DNA from: Octopus sinensis
Taxonomy: Eukaryota
Assembly (NCBI RefSeq): GCF_006345805.1
Contig: NC_043003.1
Span: forward strand, 41,230,001-41,294,000
Reading direction: 5' to 3'
Length of the DNA stretch: 64,000 nucleotides
Shown here: positions 38,990-51,550 of the stretch, piece after piece
How the letters are laid out: the number at the start of each line of letters is the position of its first letter
How positions within the stretch are numbered: the stretch's first letter is position 1
Program-made: the position numbers and the translations under genes
Notes under the pieces: model-generated
The model's database searches: none
Told to the model about the DNA's origin: nothing
Seen by the model: the letters and a program-made list of their open reading frames with translations, nothing else

Positions 38990-39305
38990 TACTTTTCTTT
39001 TCGTCGCCCTTTTCAAGCCTAGCCAGGTTCATGGTCCCGGTTTCCCGGTTTCTGTGGCGTATGTGTTCCCCCCAGCTGGACGGAACGCCGGTCCATCGCA
39101 GCATTACTCAAGAAACAGGAAGAGAGAGTGAGAGAAAGTTGTGGCGAAAGAGTACAACAGGGGTCGCCACCACCCCCTGCCGGAGCTTCGTGGGCCTTTT
39201 AAGTATTTTCACTCAATAAACACACACATCGCCCGGTCTGGGAATCGAAACCACGATCCTCCGACCGTGAGTCCGCTGCCCTAACCACTGGGCCATTGAG
39301 CTTCC
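38990..39305 (-). mobile_element. SINE family C variant with a different central segment
   Basis: Head and tail match 6912-7160; the middle is replaced by a longer unrelated segment of about 110 bp. Confidence 0.8.
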
Positions 39306-39469
39306 ACTATACCATACTTCACTACCCAATAAACCTATAAATTTCGAGAGTCGAAATTAATTAATTTAGTTGCACTGAACAGTCATAGATGATTGATTTT
39401 TCTAATAAAATTCTAGCTTTGACTGATTGCTTAGAGATGACAGGGTGATTTTGTCGTCTTTTATCTTTT

Positions 39470-39818
39470 ACCTTTTATCTCTCACCTGTTTCAGTAGTTA
39501 GACTGCGGCCATGCTGGAGCACCACCTTGAAGACTTTGTAATCGAAAGGATCGGCTCCGGTACTTATTTTCCATTTTTACGCCTGATACTTATTCTATCG
39601 GTCTTTTTTCCGAACTGCAAAGATATGGAGGGACGTGGACATGCCAACAACACCAGTTGTCAAATGGTGGTGGGGGACAAACGCAGACTGAAAGACACAG
39701 AACATACATATATATATGCGCGTGTGTGTGTGCGCGCGTCCCTGCGTATGTGTGTATGTGTGTGAGTGTATGCGTGTATGTGTGCGTGTGTGAGTATATG
39801 TGTGTGCGCGTGTAGGTA

Positions 39819-39863
<45 letters not shown>

Positions 39864-40003
39864 AGGGTTTCTTTCTACCACATCCACTCATAATGCTCTG
39901 GCCGGCCCGAAGCTATAGTAGAAGACATTTACCCAAGGTGTCCTGCGGCGGGATTGAACCCAAAACCATGTGAATTGGAAGCTAACGTCTTACCACACAG
40001 GAG
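39470..40003 (-). mobile_element. SINE family A copy with expanded internal (TG)n
   Basis: 3' half at 39470-39710, microsatellite to about 39860, 5' half at 39860-40003. Confidence 0.8.
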
Positions 40004-40291
40004 TCACCGTTGGAGTTAAAGTTTGCAAGAGTTTGCCCCGGCATGAACAAAGTCGAATGGCCGAGACAAGTGAACGATAACAGATACATTGCCGGATATC
40101 ATTTGAGGTTAGTTAGATACGTTGTTGCCAGTAAAATTAACACGAAAATTCTTGCTGTGTCAGTAAGTTTACCAGTTCATTCATTATGACAGCATCAACG
40201 GCATTAAGTGAAAAGTGATGAATATTAGCCTGCAATTATTCAACACCACAAAGTTAACCAGCTGGCATTATCAGTCTGCAGCTCAAAAACC

Positions 40292-40483
40292 TCTCAGGGG
40301 ACGTTTACGGATTGCGCAATGATAGGAACCAAAAATAACCCTGGTTTAGATCATAGCTATAAGTTTGCGGGTATGTAACTATGTAACTCAGGAGTATCTC
40401 AGAAGACGTTTACGGATTGAGCAATGATAGGAACCAAGAATTAACCCTGGTATAGATCACAGCTATAAGTTTGCGGGTACGTA
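40292..40483. repeat. 105-bp direct tandem duplication
   Basis: TCTCAG..GACGTTTACGGATTG..GCTATAAGTTTGCGGGTA starts at 40292 and again at 40397. Confidence 0.9.
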
Positions 40484-40989
40484 TCTTGTGTATGCGTGTA
40501 TGAGTATCTATTGTTGTCTGCTTGTGATTATAAGAAGTTTATCATGCGTGAAATAAATTATAGTGAATAAATCCTGTTGATTTATGTTGAACTAATCATA
40601 GGTTTAACATATTTCTAAAAATAGGGAGCGCAGGTATAGATATAAGCAAGATAGTGACAGTGTATACTTCTTAGGACCACTTCGGAGAATATCTGTTTAG
40701 GAAAAGACTACTTTGAAATAAAACCCTTAGTTTGATCTCGTCCGTTCGGTTGGTGGTGGTGACGGACTTGATGCGATGAATTATAGCCACTCCAGTTGCT
40801 TCCTTCCTCGTTTAGAACATGGTGTGTCTAGTGTAGCTGATGGTAAACACGAATCTCTAGGACACCCGAAGAGCTTCATCATCCATTGCTTCTCATCTTT
40901 CACAAGTAGCGTCGGTGTAACAAGTTCAGATGCAAGTTCATTTGAACCATACATACAAACATACATACATACATGCAAAGACTACAGAT

Positions 40990-41027
<38 letters not shown>

Positions 41028-41324
41028 CATGTCTATATATGCAGCTATATGTATGAGAATACATGCATAAAACAAAAATACAAATCTGCACATATACATA
41101 CATAAATACAAACAGACAAAAGTACCCCTTCCTTAATGTTGAAATTCCAATGAAAGAGCCTTGGATCTAGGCTAGAACTGGCTTTTTCTCTATTGGCAGG
41201 AAATCTTGAAATAAAAGTGAATAATGTCATACATACATACTTAAATACATACATACATACATACATACATACATACATACATACTACATATATACATACA
41301 TTCATACATGCATGCATACATGTA

Positions 41325-41754
41325 CGCTTGGCGGCATTTTGTCCGTCCTTAAGTTCACCGAGGTCAACTTTGCCTGTCATCCTTTCGGCGTCGATGAATT
41401 AAGTACCACGGGGTCGATTTAATCGACTACATTCCTCTCCACCAAATCTCAGGCCTTGTGCCTGTAGGAGAAAGGATTCTTCTTCTTCTGATTATTATTA
41501 TTGTCATCTAGTGAACGATATTTCGACATCTAGTGTGTCTTCAACAGGTTCAAAAAATAATTTTGTCAATCTACTTTATATATATTAACCAAAATGAAGT
41601 AGATTGACAAAATTATTTTTTGAACCAGTTTAAGACACACAAGAGGTCGAAATATCGTTCACTAGATGACAATGGCACTCTTCTTTTAATTTTGACTCTA
41701 TATCTTCTGAAGGAGTTACCTCAATCCTATATATTATTATTATTATTATTATTA

Positions 41755-41789
<35 letters not shown>

Positions 41790-41805
41790 ATTATTATTAT
41801 TGTTA

Positions 41806-41868
<63 letters not shown>

Positions 41869-42165
41869 TATTAATACCAGTTACAAACTGGAGTCGATGT
41901 AATCAATTACCCCCCCCCCCCAAAAAAAAAATATCAGGCCTTGTGCTTATAGGGAACGGATTATTTTATTATTATTAGGGCGGTGAACTGAAAGAATGGT
42001 TATCACGCCGGACAAAATGCTAAGCGGTATTTCGCCCATCTTTACATTCTAAAGTCAAGTTTGACTTATATCCTCTCTGGATCTAATCCCCCAATCTTAT
42101 CGACTTGTACCAAAATTGCTAGCCCTGTACGAAAATTTGAAGTCAATATTATTATTATTTTATTA

Positions 42166-42207
<42 letters not shown>

Positions 42208-42465
42208 TAAGAAGGCAGCGAGCCGGCAAAATCGATAGCACACCGGGCAAGATGCTTACTCGCATTCTGTCGGTTATTATGATCTGAGTTCAAATCCAGC
42301 CGAGCTCGACTTTGCTTTTCCTCCTTTTGGGAGGTCGATAAATTAAGTATCAGTAAAACACTGGGGCCGATGTAATCGATTAGCCTCCTGTCCCACAATT
42401 TTAGGCCTTGTGCCTATAGCAGAAAGGGTTATTACTAAGGTGGCAAACTGGCAGAATCGTTACTT
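41325..42465 (+). mobile_element. Cluster of head-to-tail SINE-B' copies and fragments separated by (ATT)n tracts
   Basis: Pieces at about 41325-41490, 41885-41965, 41978-42145, 42210-42430 and 42435-42465, all on the + strand, mostly ending GGCCTTGTGCC..GAAAGGATT(ATT)n. Confidence 0.75.
41500..41673. mobile_element. Fold-back element, 77-bp arms with 4 mismatches and a 20-nt loop
   Basis: 41500-41576 is the reverse complement of 41597-41673. Confidence 0.92.
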
Positions 42466-44554
42466 GTAGTAGCAGCAGCAGTAGCAGCAGCTGCAGCAGT
42501 AGTAGTAGTAGTAGTATTAAAAATTAAATAGAGCTGAATATAACAGTTATCCGTATTTTTAACGATTGCAATGGCTCCACAACGATGTAATTGTCTGCAA
42601 TGCTAGCATAAAATCTCAGATTCGGCTACTCGGAATAGTAGAAATTGTTAATATAATCCTACTATAATTTAATTCATTTATTCATAATATTTTTTTGTTG
42701 TATTAATAATAATAACATAATGATATTGTAATATTCTGTATGAATGCCGAAATCGCGAGGATCACTTTTCGACGAGCATGAACAAGCATAATTGTAAGGA
42801 TAATAATTTGATGTAGGAAAATTTGCAGTTACATTATTAACAAAAATATGACGAAATCACATAAAATCGCCAATAAACATTGGTAAACTGAATCAATATG
42901 TTAAATGAGATTACCTTTGTTGAAGTATTTGTAGAGGTGTGTTGAAAGGGGTAACCTGTAAAATAATAGTGTGTTTATTAGATTTATCTCTGAGGTTAAT
43001 ACTGAAGTTGAAGCCTAGGATGGGTATCTATATGCTATTTCGGCCTACCCGATAAAGCAGCCAAATCGCCATCGAATCTTCATCAACTCTCTACAAACCG
43101 TCGTGGATAGTGCACTTTGTCTTAGATATGAATGCATTGGATAATAGTTTCCGGAACACCCGTCCATAGGAACAGACACAAATATTAGACCACGATCATA
43201 GTTCTGTTCGGTAAGGGCTCATTTGGGATAAACATAACAACAACAATCACATCACAAACAAAAATTACTGCATCTGCAATAGTAATCACAACAAAATACT
43301 ACAAAGAATTTAAGCATTTGATCATTGGTGTACTACCATTGTGGGAAATTGAAGCGCATCTTTTACTTGACAATGAGTGGAGATGAGATAGTGCCCTGCC
43401 AGCCTTCTCGCGTTGATATGGTTGGTGAAATTGTTTACTGCTTCTGCGCGTAATCTCAGTTATTGCGTGGACGAAGAGTTAGTGCTAAAAGATAGCAGTT
43501 TTGGAGAGTAAGGGAGAGTAGTCGCAGAAACATCAATATAACTGTAGTAGCCGTTGTAATGATTGTAGCAGCAGCAGTAATTTAGGTGTAGTAATAGTAA
43601 CAATATCAATAGCAACAGTAGTAGAAACAATAGCAACTATAGTATTAATCGCTGCAATAACTACAGACAGAATAGCTACAACCAAGGTAGCCACAACCAG
43701 GGTAGGTGTCACAGCAGCAGTAATAAAATAGTGGAGATGCAGCTTGATTATCAACAATAAAAGTTACAGTAGTAGCAGTAGCAATAGGGCAGTAACGAAA
43801 CTAATATTAGCAGCAATTGTAGAGGTAGTAGTAGCAACCACAATAGAAGGAGCAATGGAAGAGGCAGTAGTATTAGCAGTTATAGTGGGAAAAATATCAG
43901 AGGCAATAACGATAACGCTAGAAGTAGCATCATTAATCGGGGCAACTAATACAGCATTTGGAAAAGATTCTTTGATCCCCATGTCACGCCCGATTTGCTT
44001 ATATATTATTAAAATCTCTTTGGATGTAATCATTCCCGGCATTTTTATAAGGAGTAGTGTGTTTATGAGTACTTTAACCAGTATAGCTTTTTTTTCTTTT
44101 AAGACGGTATGGTAGGATACGATATGAAGAAGTTTTGGCTGCAACATGGTGGCAGTTTGATGACAATGCAATGGTTCCTTCGATGAATCGATTTGTAGAA
44201 ATAGTAGCTAAACCAACAGAAGAAACAACAATATTAGCAGTATCAGTACCTGAAAGAGAAACAGTAGAAATATCAGCAACACTAATATATACTGCGGTAG
44301 TAGTGTCAGCAGCAGTAGTTATAGTAGCAGTAACAGCAGTAACAGCAGCCCCAGCAGTGGAAATATTAGCAGTAGTAATAAGATCAACAACTAGAGCTGC
44401 AGCAGCATTTGTAGCAGCAGCAGTAGAAGTAGAAGTAGAATCAGCTGCAGCAGTAGCAGGACAGCAGCAGCGGAGGGCGGGGGTACAGTAACACACAGCA
44501 ATCGTAGCAAATGAAGTAGATGACAGCAGCTGTGGCGATAATAACTATAGCCTG

Positions 44555-44970
44555 AAAGTTGGCTAAAGGCCAATAATTCTGGAGTAGCGGTTAAGTCGAT
44601 TAAATCGGTCATAGTGCTCCACTGGTACTTATCTTATCGAGCCCAAAAGGATAAAAGACAAAGTCGGCCTCGGCGGTATTTGAACTCAGTACCCACAAAG
44701 TACTGGCAGACGAAATGTCGTTAAGCTGTGCTAACGATTCTTATTTCTTTATTGCCCAGAAGGGGCTAATTATAGAGGAGACAAACAAGGACAGACAAAG
44801 GTATTAAGTCGATTAAATCGACCCCAGTGCGTAACTGGTACTTAATTTATCGACCCCAAAAGGATGAAAGGCAAAGTCGACGTCGGTGGAATTTGAACTC
44901 AGAACGTAGAGGCAGACGAAATACTGCTAAGCATTTCGCACTGCGTGCTAACGATTCTGCCAGCTCGCCG
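44555..44970 (-). mobile_element. SINE-B copy (44743-44970) joined directly to a head-truncated SINE-B' (44555-44742)
   Basis: Two successive core sequences on the minus strand with different tails. Confidence 0.8.
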
Positions 44971-45520
44971 TATTAACGCGCCGCTAGTAATATCAACTGC
45001 AGCAATATTAACAGCAGCAGTGCTAACAACAGTAGCAACAGCAGCAGCAGTGACCGCAACAGTGTCAGTAGCGGCAGCGGAAGTAGTACTGACAGTCACA
45101 GTAGCCATAGCAACAACAGAGGTGAACGTAACCCGTCATCGCGTTTAAGTTTACCTTTTAGTTTTGGAGTAGCTTTTAGCAGTGTTCACACTGTTGTTAG
45201 CTTCTTGGGCTACTTCTCTAATTTGTCCATAAATTCCTTTCTCCCAGCTGCAAGTCTTAAAGACATTGAGAAACCTAAAGGGTCATAGACAATAGATATG
45301 GTAAAAGATATATGTACACACACACACACACACAGAGAGACAGACACACACACACAAATACATAAAGGATATTGGAATATTGCGTATATACCACTATGCC
45401 TATAAAACGGATTTACAAATTCAATACCCATACATATCTTACATCTATTTTCTTTCCTCCACCTCACTCTCTATTTGTATCACATCGAAACTAACTATGA
45501 CTTATTTTTCCTCTCACACC

Positions 45521-45566
45521 GTCTCCGATGAGGGATATATTATTAATATCCTAGAACAGCTGAGAC
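45521..45566 (+). ncRNA. Degenerate hammerhead-like motif (Penelope-like relic)
   Basis: GTCT-CCGATGA-GGGATAT-ATTATTA-ATATCCT-AGAAC-AGCT-G-AGAC. Stems I and II are retained; the core and cleavage site are mutated. Confidence 0.4.
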
Positions 45567-47420
45567 ATTTCTATCTATAAATGCTCTAATATCATACAGC
45601 CTTGTTTTTTTTTTTATCTTATTACGCTATATATAATTATATATATATATATATAAATTGTATATATATATAGATATATATATATATATTATATATATAG
45701 ATATATATATTATATATATATATATATAGATATATATATGTATATATGTATATAGATCTATATATATATATACCACAATTATATATATATTAATTCTATA
45801 ATATTTTATTGTATATATATAATTTATATAATTAAATATATGATTATATATTATATTATATATATGTATATATATATATAATTATATATATATTATATAT
45901 ATATATATGATTATATATATATATATTATTATGTGTATATATATATATATATGATTAGATATATATATAATTATGTATATATATATATGATTATATATAT
46001 ATATATATATAATATATATATAATTATATATATATATATGATTATATATATATATAATTATATATATATATACAATTATATATCTATCTGATTATATATA
46101 TATATATATATAATAATATATATATATATGATAATATATATATATATATAATTATATATATATATATGATTTTATATATATATATATAATTTTATATATA
46201 TATATATATATAATTTTTTCCTGAGCGTCCAATAATACTATATTTTTCCACGTCCTCGTGTTGTGTTTTTTGTGCTTTCGTGTTTGGATTAACTATATAA
46301 TATATATTATATATATAATATATATATATATATATACACACACATAACTGAAGCAGTGTTTTCAACGGCAGCCATATTAAACGCTATACTAACAGCAGTA
46401 GCAATAGTAACAATAATGGTTACATGAACAGCAGCAGTAGAAAGAACGGTGTCAGCAGTAGGAGTAGCAGTTGTAGCTGAAATCGAAGCAGGAGCAGCAA
46501 TGGCGGCCATGGTGGAAGAAATAGCAAAAAATAACGACAGTATGGTAACCACAGCAGTTGTAACAAGACCAGTAGAAGCAGTAGTAGTTCTAGGGGAAAT
46601 AGCACCAGCGACAGTAGAGTAAATGGCATAAGGGATTACAGTAGTATAGGTAACAACAGCACCAGCAGCGGTATAGAACAGCAGTTGATACTGCAGTAGT
46701 AATAGCAGAAGTAGCAGCGGCGGTAGCTGAAGAAACAGCAGTAGTGATAAGAGGAGCAGAAGCAGTAGACGTGATAGCAGTAGACATTACAGTAGCGTGG
46801 AATGCAGCAGTATTAGCAGTGTGTAACAGCAGTAGATACTGCTGCAGTGATTGGAAGAAAAGCAACAGTAGAAGTAGAAATTACAGCAAAGACAGTAGTA
46901 TTGGTTGTAGTAGTAGTAGTTACTGCTGCTGTAGAAGCAGAACAGAAAAAAAATCGGGAACAGTAGCAACAGATGCTGCAGGTGATGTAGTGGTAGCAGC
47001 AAAAACAACGTCTGAATAACAACAACAACAGCATCAATGACAAGAATTTTACTAAGAATAACACGTCACGACAATGACTATTAATATTGCGGATTAACCA
47101 ACTTGCAACTAACTTGAGTCATGAATAGATTATTGGATTATAATATATACATGCATGCACAGAGGTATATTGAGACAGCCATAGAAAGATTTGAACACAC
47201 GACTATAGACGCACCTATACAGTAATACGTAGGCATAAGAACAATTGCAAACACACACACACATGCGTATAAATATATACATACAAGCATATATACACAT
47301 GTATACACAGAACTATGTATACATATTTTTGTCCATAGGGTATACACACTCACATACATACATACGTACATACATACATGTATACAAACATACATATATA
47401 TATTATATATATATATATAT

Positions 47421-47468
<48 letters not shown>

Positions 47469-47621
47469 TTATATATATACATACATATATATAGATAAAA
47501 GATACATAGATAAATAGACAGATAGACAGATAAGTAGATATAGATAGATAGATATATAGATAGATATACATACCTGCTAACAGAGAGCGAGGGGGACAGA
47601 GAGAAAGATAGCGTCATACAG

Positions 47622-47678
<57 letters not shown>

Positions 47679-47914
47679 CTATATATATGTATATATATAT
47701 ATATAATAATGTATATACAGACATACATATACACACAGCATATGAATACACACACACAGACAGACAGACAAAAAGATAAATACATATAAAAGCAGATACA
47801 GAGATCCTCATACAGATGTATGTACACAGACTTTGACGATGCAGCGTAGAACCAGGCAAAGAAAACCACTCTTCCTCACACATGCTTACAACTCTGTACA
47901 CACACACATACACA

Positions 47915-47975
<61 letters not shown>

Positions 47976-48928
47976 TCCCTCAAATGCATAGATATGTCCA
48001 CAAAAAAATCTGACATTGGAAAAGCAAGGAATTGAAACTAAGGATAAAGAAATAAAAAAATATATGCATAACCAGCAAACGAAAACAAGAGGAGGGAAGT
48101 GAAGAACACGACCAAAGTCAATGAGAACAAACAACGATTGAAATAAATTCCTGACAGAACAAGGATGGTGTATGTCTACAGACAGCGTGGAAGTCTCTCT
48201 AAATCGCATAATATATGCTCGGAATCAATGACAAGAGCAGAGCGTGTTTGCTCAAAATGATGAACAGGGAAAAAAAGAACATGAAAAATATATCTTCTTG
48301 AAATATGGCAGAATGAGGCAAATAAAAAGGAGAAAGAAAAAAAATGAATGAAAGAAGGAATGAAGGACGGAAGGAAGGAAGGAAGGAAGAAAGGATGGAT
48401 AAAAGAAAGAATGAGAAAAGAAACAAATGAATCCAGAAAAGATACTGGTCGAGGACAGAAGTCTGATATACTCTGATATTTTTATATTTGTATAATACAC
48501 TATTTTGGCAGAAAAAAAGTTATCGCACACATGTCAGTTGGTTTGGAGTAGATGTGGGTGTATTCAATTGCAAAACCGGTAAATTTCAGATGTGCTCCAT
48601 GCTTACTAATGTCCTGCTATAAATAAATGAACAGAATGATATACATGTGTGTGGCGAAGAGAGAGAAGGAGAAAGAAAGGGAGCGAGAAAGAGAGAGAGG
48701 GAGATAGGAAGGGAGAGACAGGGAGAGACGAAGGAAGAGAGAGAGAGAGACACTGGCACACAGGTAGAGAGAGAGAGAAGGGACAGAAAGTGGCCGCGAC
48801 GGTGCGCACATGTCTGTGATATATACATGTCGACATGTACATATAAACGTAAGACTTGTCGCACAGACACAAACACGCATATACGCACTTAAATACGCAC
48901 ATACACATATTAATATATGCTTATATAT

Positions 48929-49010
<82 letters not shown>

Positions 49011-49391
49011 ATATGTGCGTGTGTGTGTGTGTGTGTGTGGTGTATGTTTAGATAGATAGATAGATGGATAAATAAGAAGGGAGGTAGGTTTGTAAGTTGG
49101 GTAGGTTGGTAGGTAGGTAGTAGGTTAGACAGAAAGAGGCACACTTACCTAGGCCGAAAAATTTCAAACGAAGTACTAACCCCTGAGAGTGCTCAACAAT
49201 ATTAGACGTTGCTATGACTTTAAATCAATTAAACAAAACAGAAGAATGAACCTCTTATATTCTACATAACAAAAAATATGGACTGTTTACAACAATTTTA
49301 CCTGGCAGGACATTCAGATATTTCAGCGAGAATTCTCCTTGTCTTCTTTCTTTGAGCTATAGATAGTTACTCTTTGAGACGAACACTCATG

Positions 49392-49429
<38 letters not shown>

Positions 49430-50394
49430 CACACACACGCATATAAATACGCATGCTCACACACACACAAACACACACACATGCATATAAATGTAAATGT
49501 ACATACAACTGAAGTATAATGAAAGGTTTGGAAATGTTGAGAAAAGTCAAGAGAATACACAGTTGTTGAATTATAATGAGGAAGCTTACACATATCCACA
49601 GTATAGTAGATGGATACGCATGGACAATACAATTTTTTGCTCATATATCTCTGAGTAAATATCTCTAAACGAGATATTAACTCACAAGCGTGTTCAACGA
49701 TTCAGCAGATTGTCAATGTCATGAACTTGATACTCAAAAATACCACAGAAAATAAACATGGAATATTGGCCACCGGTTATTTCGTTTGAATTCTAGGTGT
49801 TCCTCTAACTATACACCTCGAGCACGGCTACTGATCATTGCGACAGATACTCGTTTATCTTCACAGCGTATAGCAGTTGCAGGCATCATGGCTGGGTGAT
49901 GAATATCTAAAATGACCTTTAAAATCACTGACTCACTCTGAACATAACATATATGTATGGTGTAGTATGCGTCTGTCGAGGAAACAAAAGTATCCATAAA
50001 GTAAGTAAAGCTCCAGATATAACAGATTGTATTTCATGATATCACACTTGATAATGAAGCGCGTGAAATACATATTCTCACATTCTGGTTTGGTGATATT
50101 CGGATGGAAGCAAACGTTCAGTTATCGTATTAGAATGTCCTTGAAATATGTGTGCTTATGTATGCTGTCGAATGTGTAACGGGTTAACCATATTATTCTT
50201 GGGAGCTTGATAGCTATATTGCAAGGAAAGTCATTCATTCTAGATTCTTGCGATGGACTAAATTTCGTTATGACAACGGGTAAACATCACTGATTTTATA
50301 TTAAGCGATATCGATAAATCTATTAGAGAGTGAAACTTTTTTAGACACAGCTTACAATTTCGAAATTCATTGAAATATAGAATAGCATTCTTTT

Positions 50395-50520
50395 ATTCTT
50401 TTACTTGCATCGGTCATTTGACTGCAACCATGCTGGAGCACCAACTTTTAGTCGAGTAAATCGACTCCAGGACTTATTTTTTGTAAGCCAAGTACTTATT
50501 CTATAGGTCTCTTTTGGTTA
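50395..50520 (-). mobile_element. SINE family A 3' half
   Basis: GACTGCAACCATGCTGGAGCACC..TTTAGTCGAG..AAGTACTTATTCTATAGGTCTCTTTT. Confidence 0.75.
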
Positions 50521-50689
50521 AAGACTTCCAGATTAGTGTATTAATGTCCAATCCCCGACTCCTTAGCTTCTACAAAAATTTCTACAAAGCTATATGCATC
50601 TGCTTGTCTTTGATCTACGTATAGATGTACCAACAACTACAATGAATTTTAATGATTTCGCCAGGAGTCCTGTATATATATACATATAT

Positions 50690-50733
<44 letters not shown>

Positions 50734-50861
50734 ACATATATATATATAAAAGATTTTCTCACCTTCCTGAGCGTCAAACTAATACACCTGCCTGTGCTTA
50801 TACACCTGTCTTCGTCTTTTTTTTGTAAATTTCAACTATATATATGTGCTTGTGTGTGTGT

Positions 50862-50898
<37 letters not shown>

Positions 50899-51003
50899 TA
50901 CATTATATATATATATATATATATATCATATATATGTATATATATAAATATATATATACATATATATATATACATACATTATATACATATATATATATAT
51001 ATA

Positions 51004-51058
<55 letters not shown>

Positions 51059-51069
51059 GTTTATGATTG

Positions 51070-51110
<41 letters not shown>

Positions 51111-51343
51111 TATGATTGTATTATGTGGAAATACCTGAAATTTAATTTGTTGGTTTTGTGTGAATGTCAGTTAGCATTCATTAAACCACTTACCATAACT
51201 GTGCTGATGTGGAAAAATCCTTGGTATAAAAAATGTAAACCTATTTAAAAGGCTAACTATCATTGAGTTAGTAGAGAATGACTGTTCTTAAATCGAATCA
51301 TTTATATTTCAGTCAGATCCTTCTCAATTTATCTATAGAGTAA

Positions 51344-51550
51344 GGCAGCGAGCTGGCAGAGTGATAAGAACGTCGGACAAATGCTTAGCGGTATTTTATA
51401 CACTTATACGTTCTGTGTTCAAATTCCGCCGAAGTCGACTTTGCCTTTCATCAATTCGGGGTGAATGAAATAAGTAACAGTTTAACACCAGGATCAATGT
51501 AATCTACTTATCTTCTCTCCCCAAATTGCTTGCCTTGTGACTAAATTTGT
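51344..51550 (+). mobile_element. SINE family B' copy
   Basis: GGCAGCGAGCTGGCAGA..GTTCAAATTCCGCCGAAGTCGACTTTGCCTTTCATC..GCCTTGTGACTAAATTTG. Confidence 0.8.

Larger units (their letters stand above)
43520..47050. repeat. Degenerate (CAG/TAG)n low-complexity tracts with interspersed SINEs and an AT-rich block
   Basis: Purine-rich AGC/AGT simplicity accounts for the Ala/Val/Thr-rich ORFs. Confidence 0.8.

Noticed and set aside
40776-40935. Both strands open for about 55 codons (includes KRGRK)
   Set aside because: No acceptor site, abuts a microsatellite, and no recognisable family.
43533-47064. Long Ala/Val/Thr/Leu-rich ORFs
   Set aside because: They arise from degenerate CAG/TAG repeats and are open in several frames on both strands.
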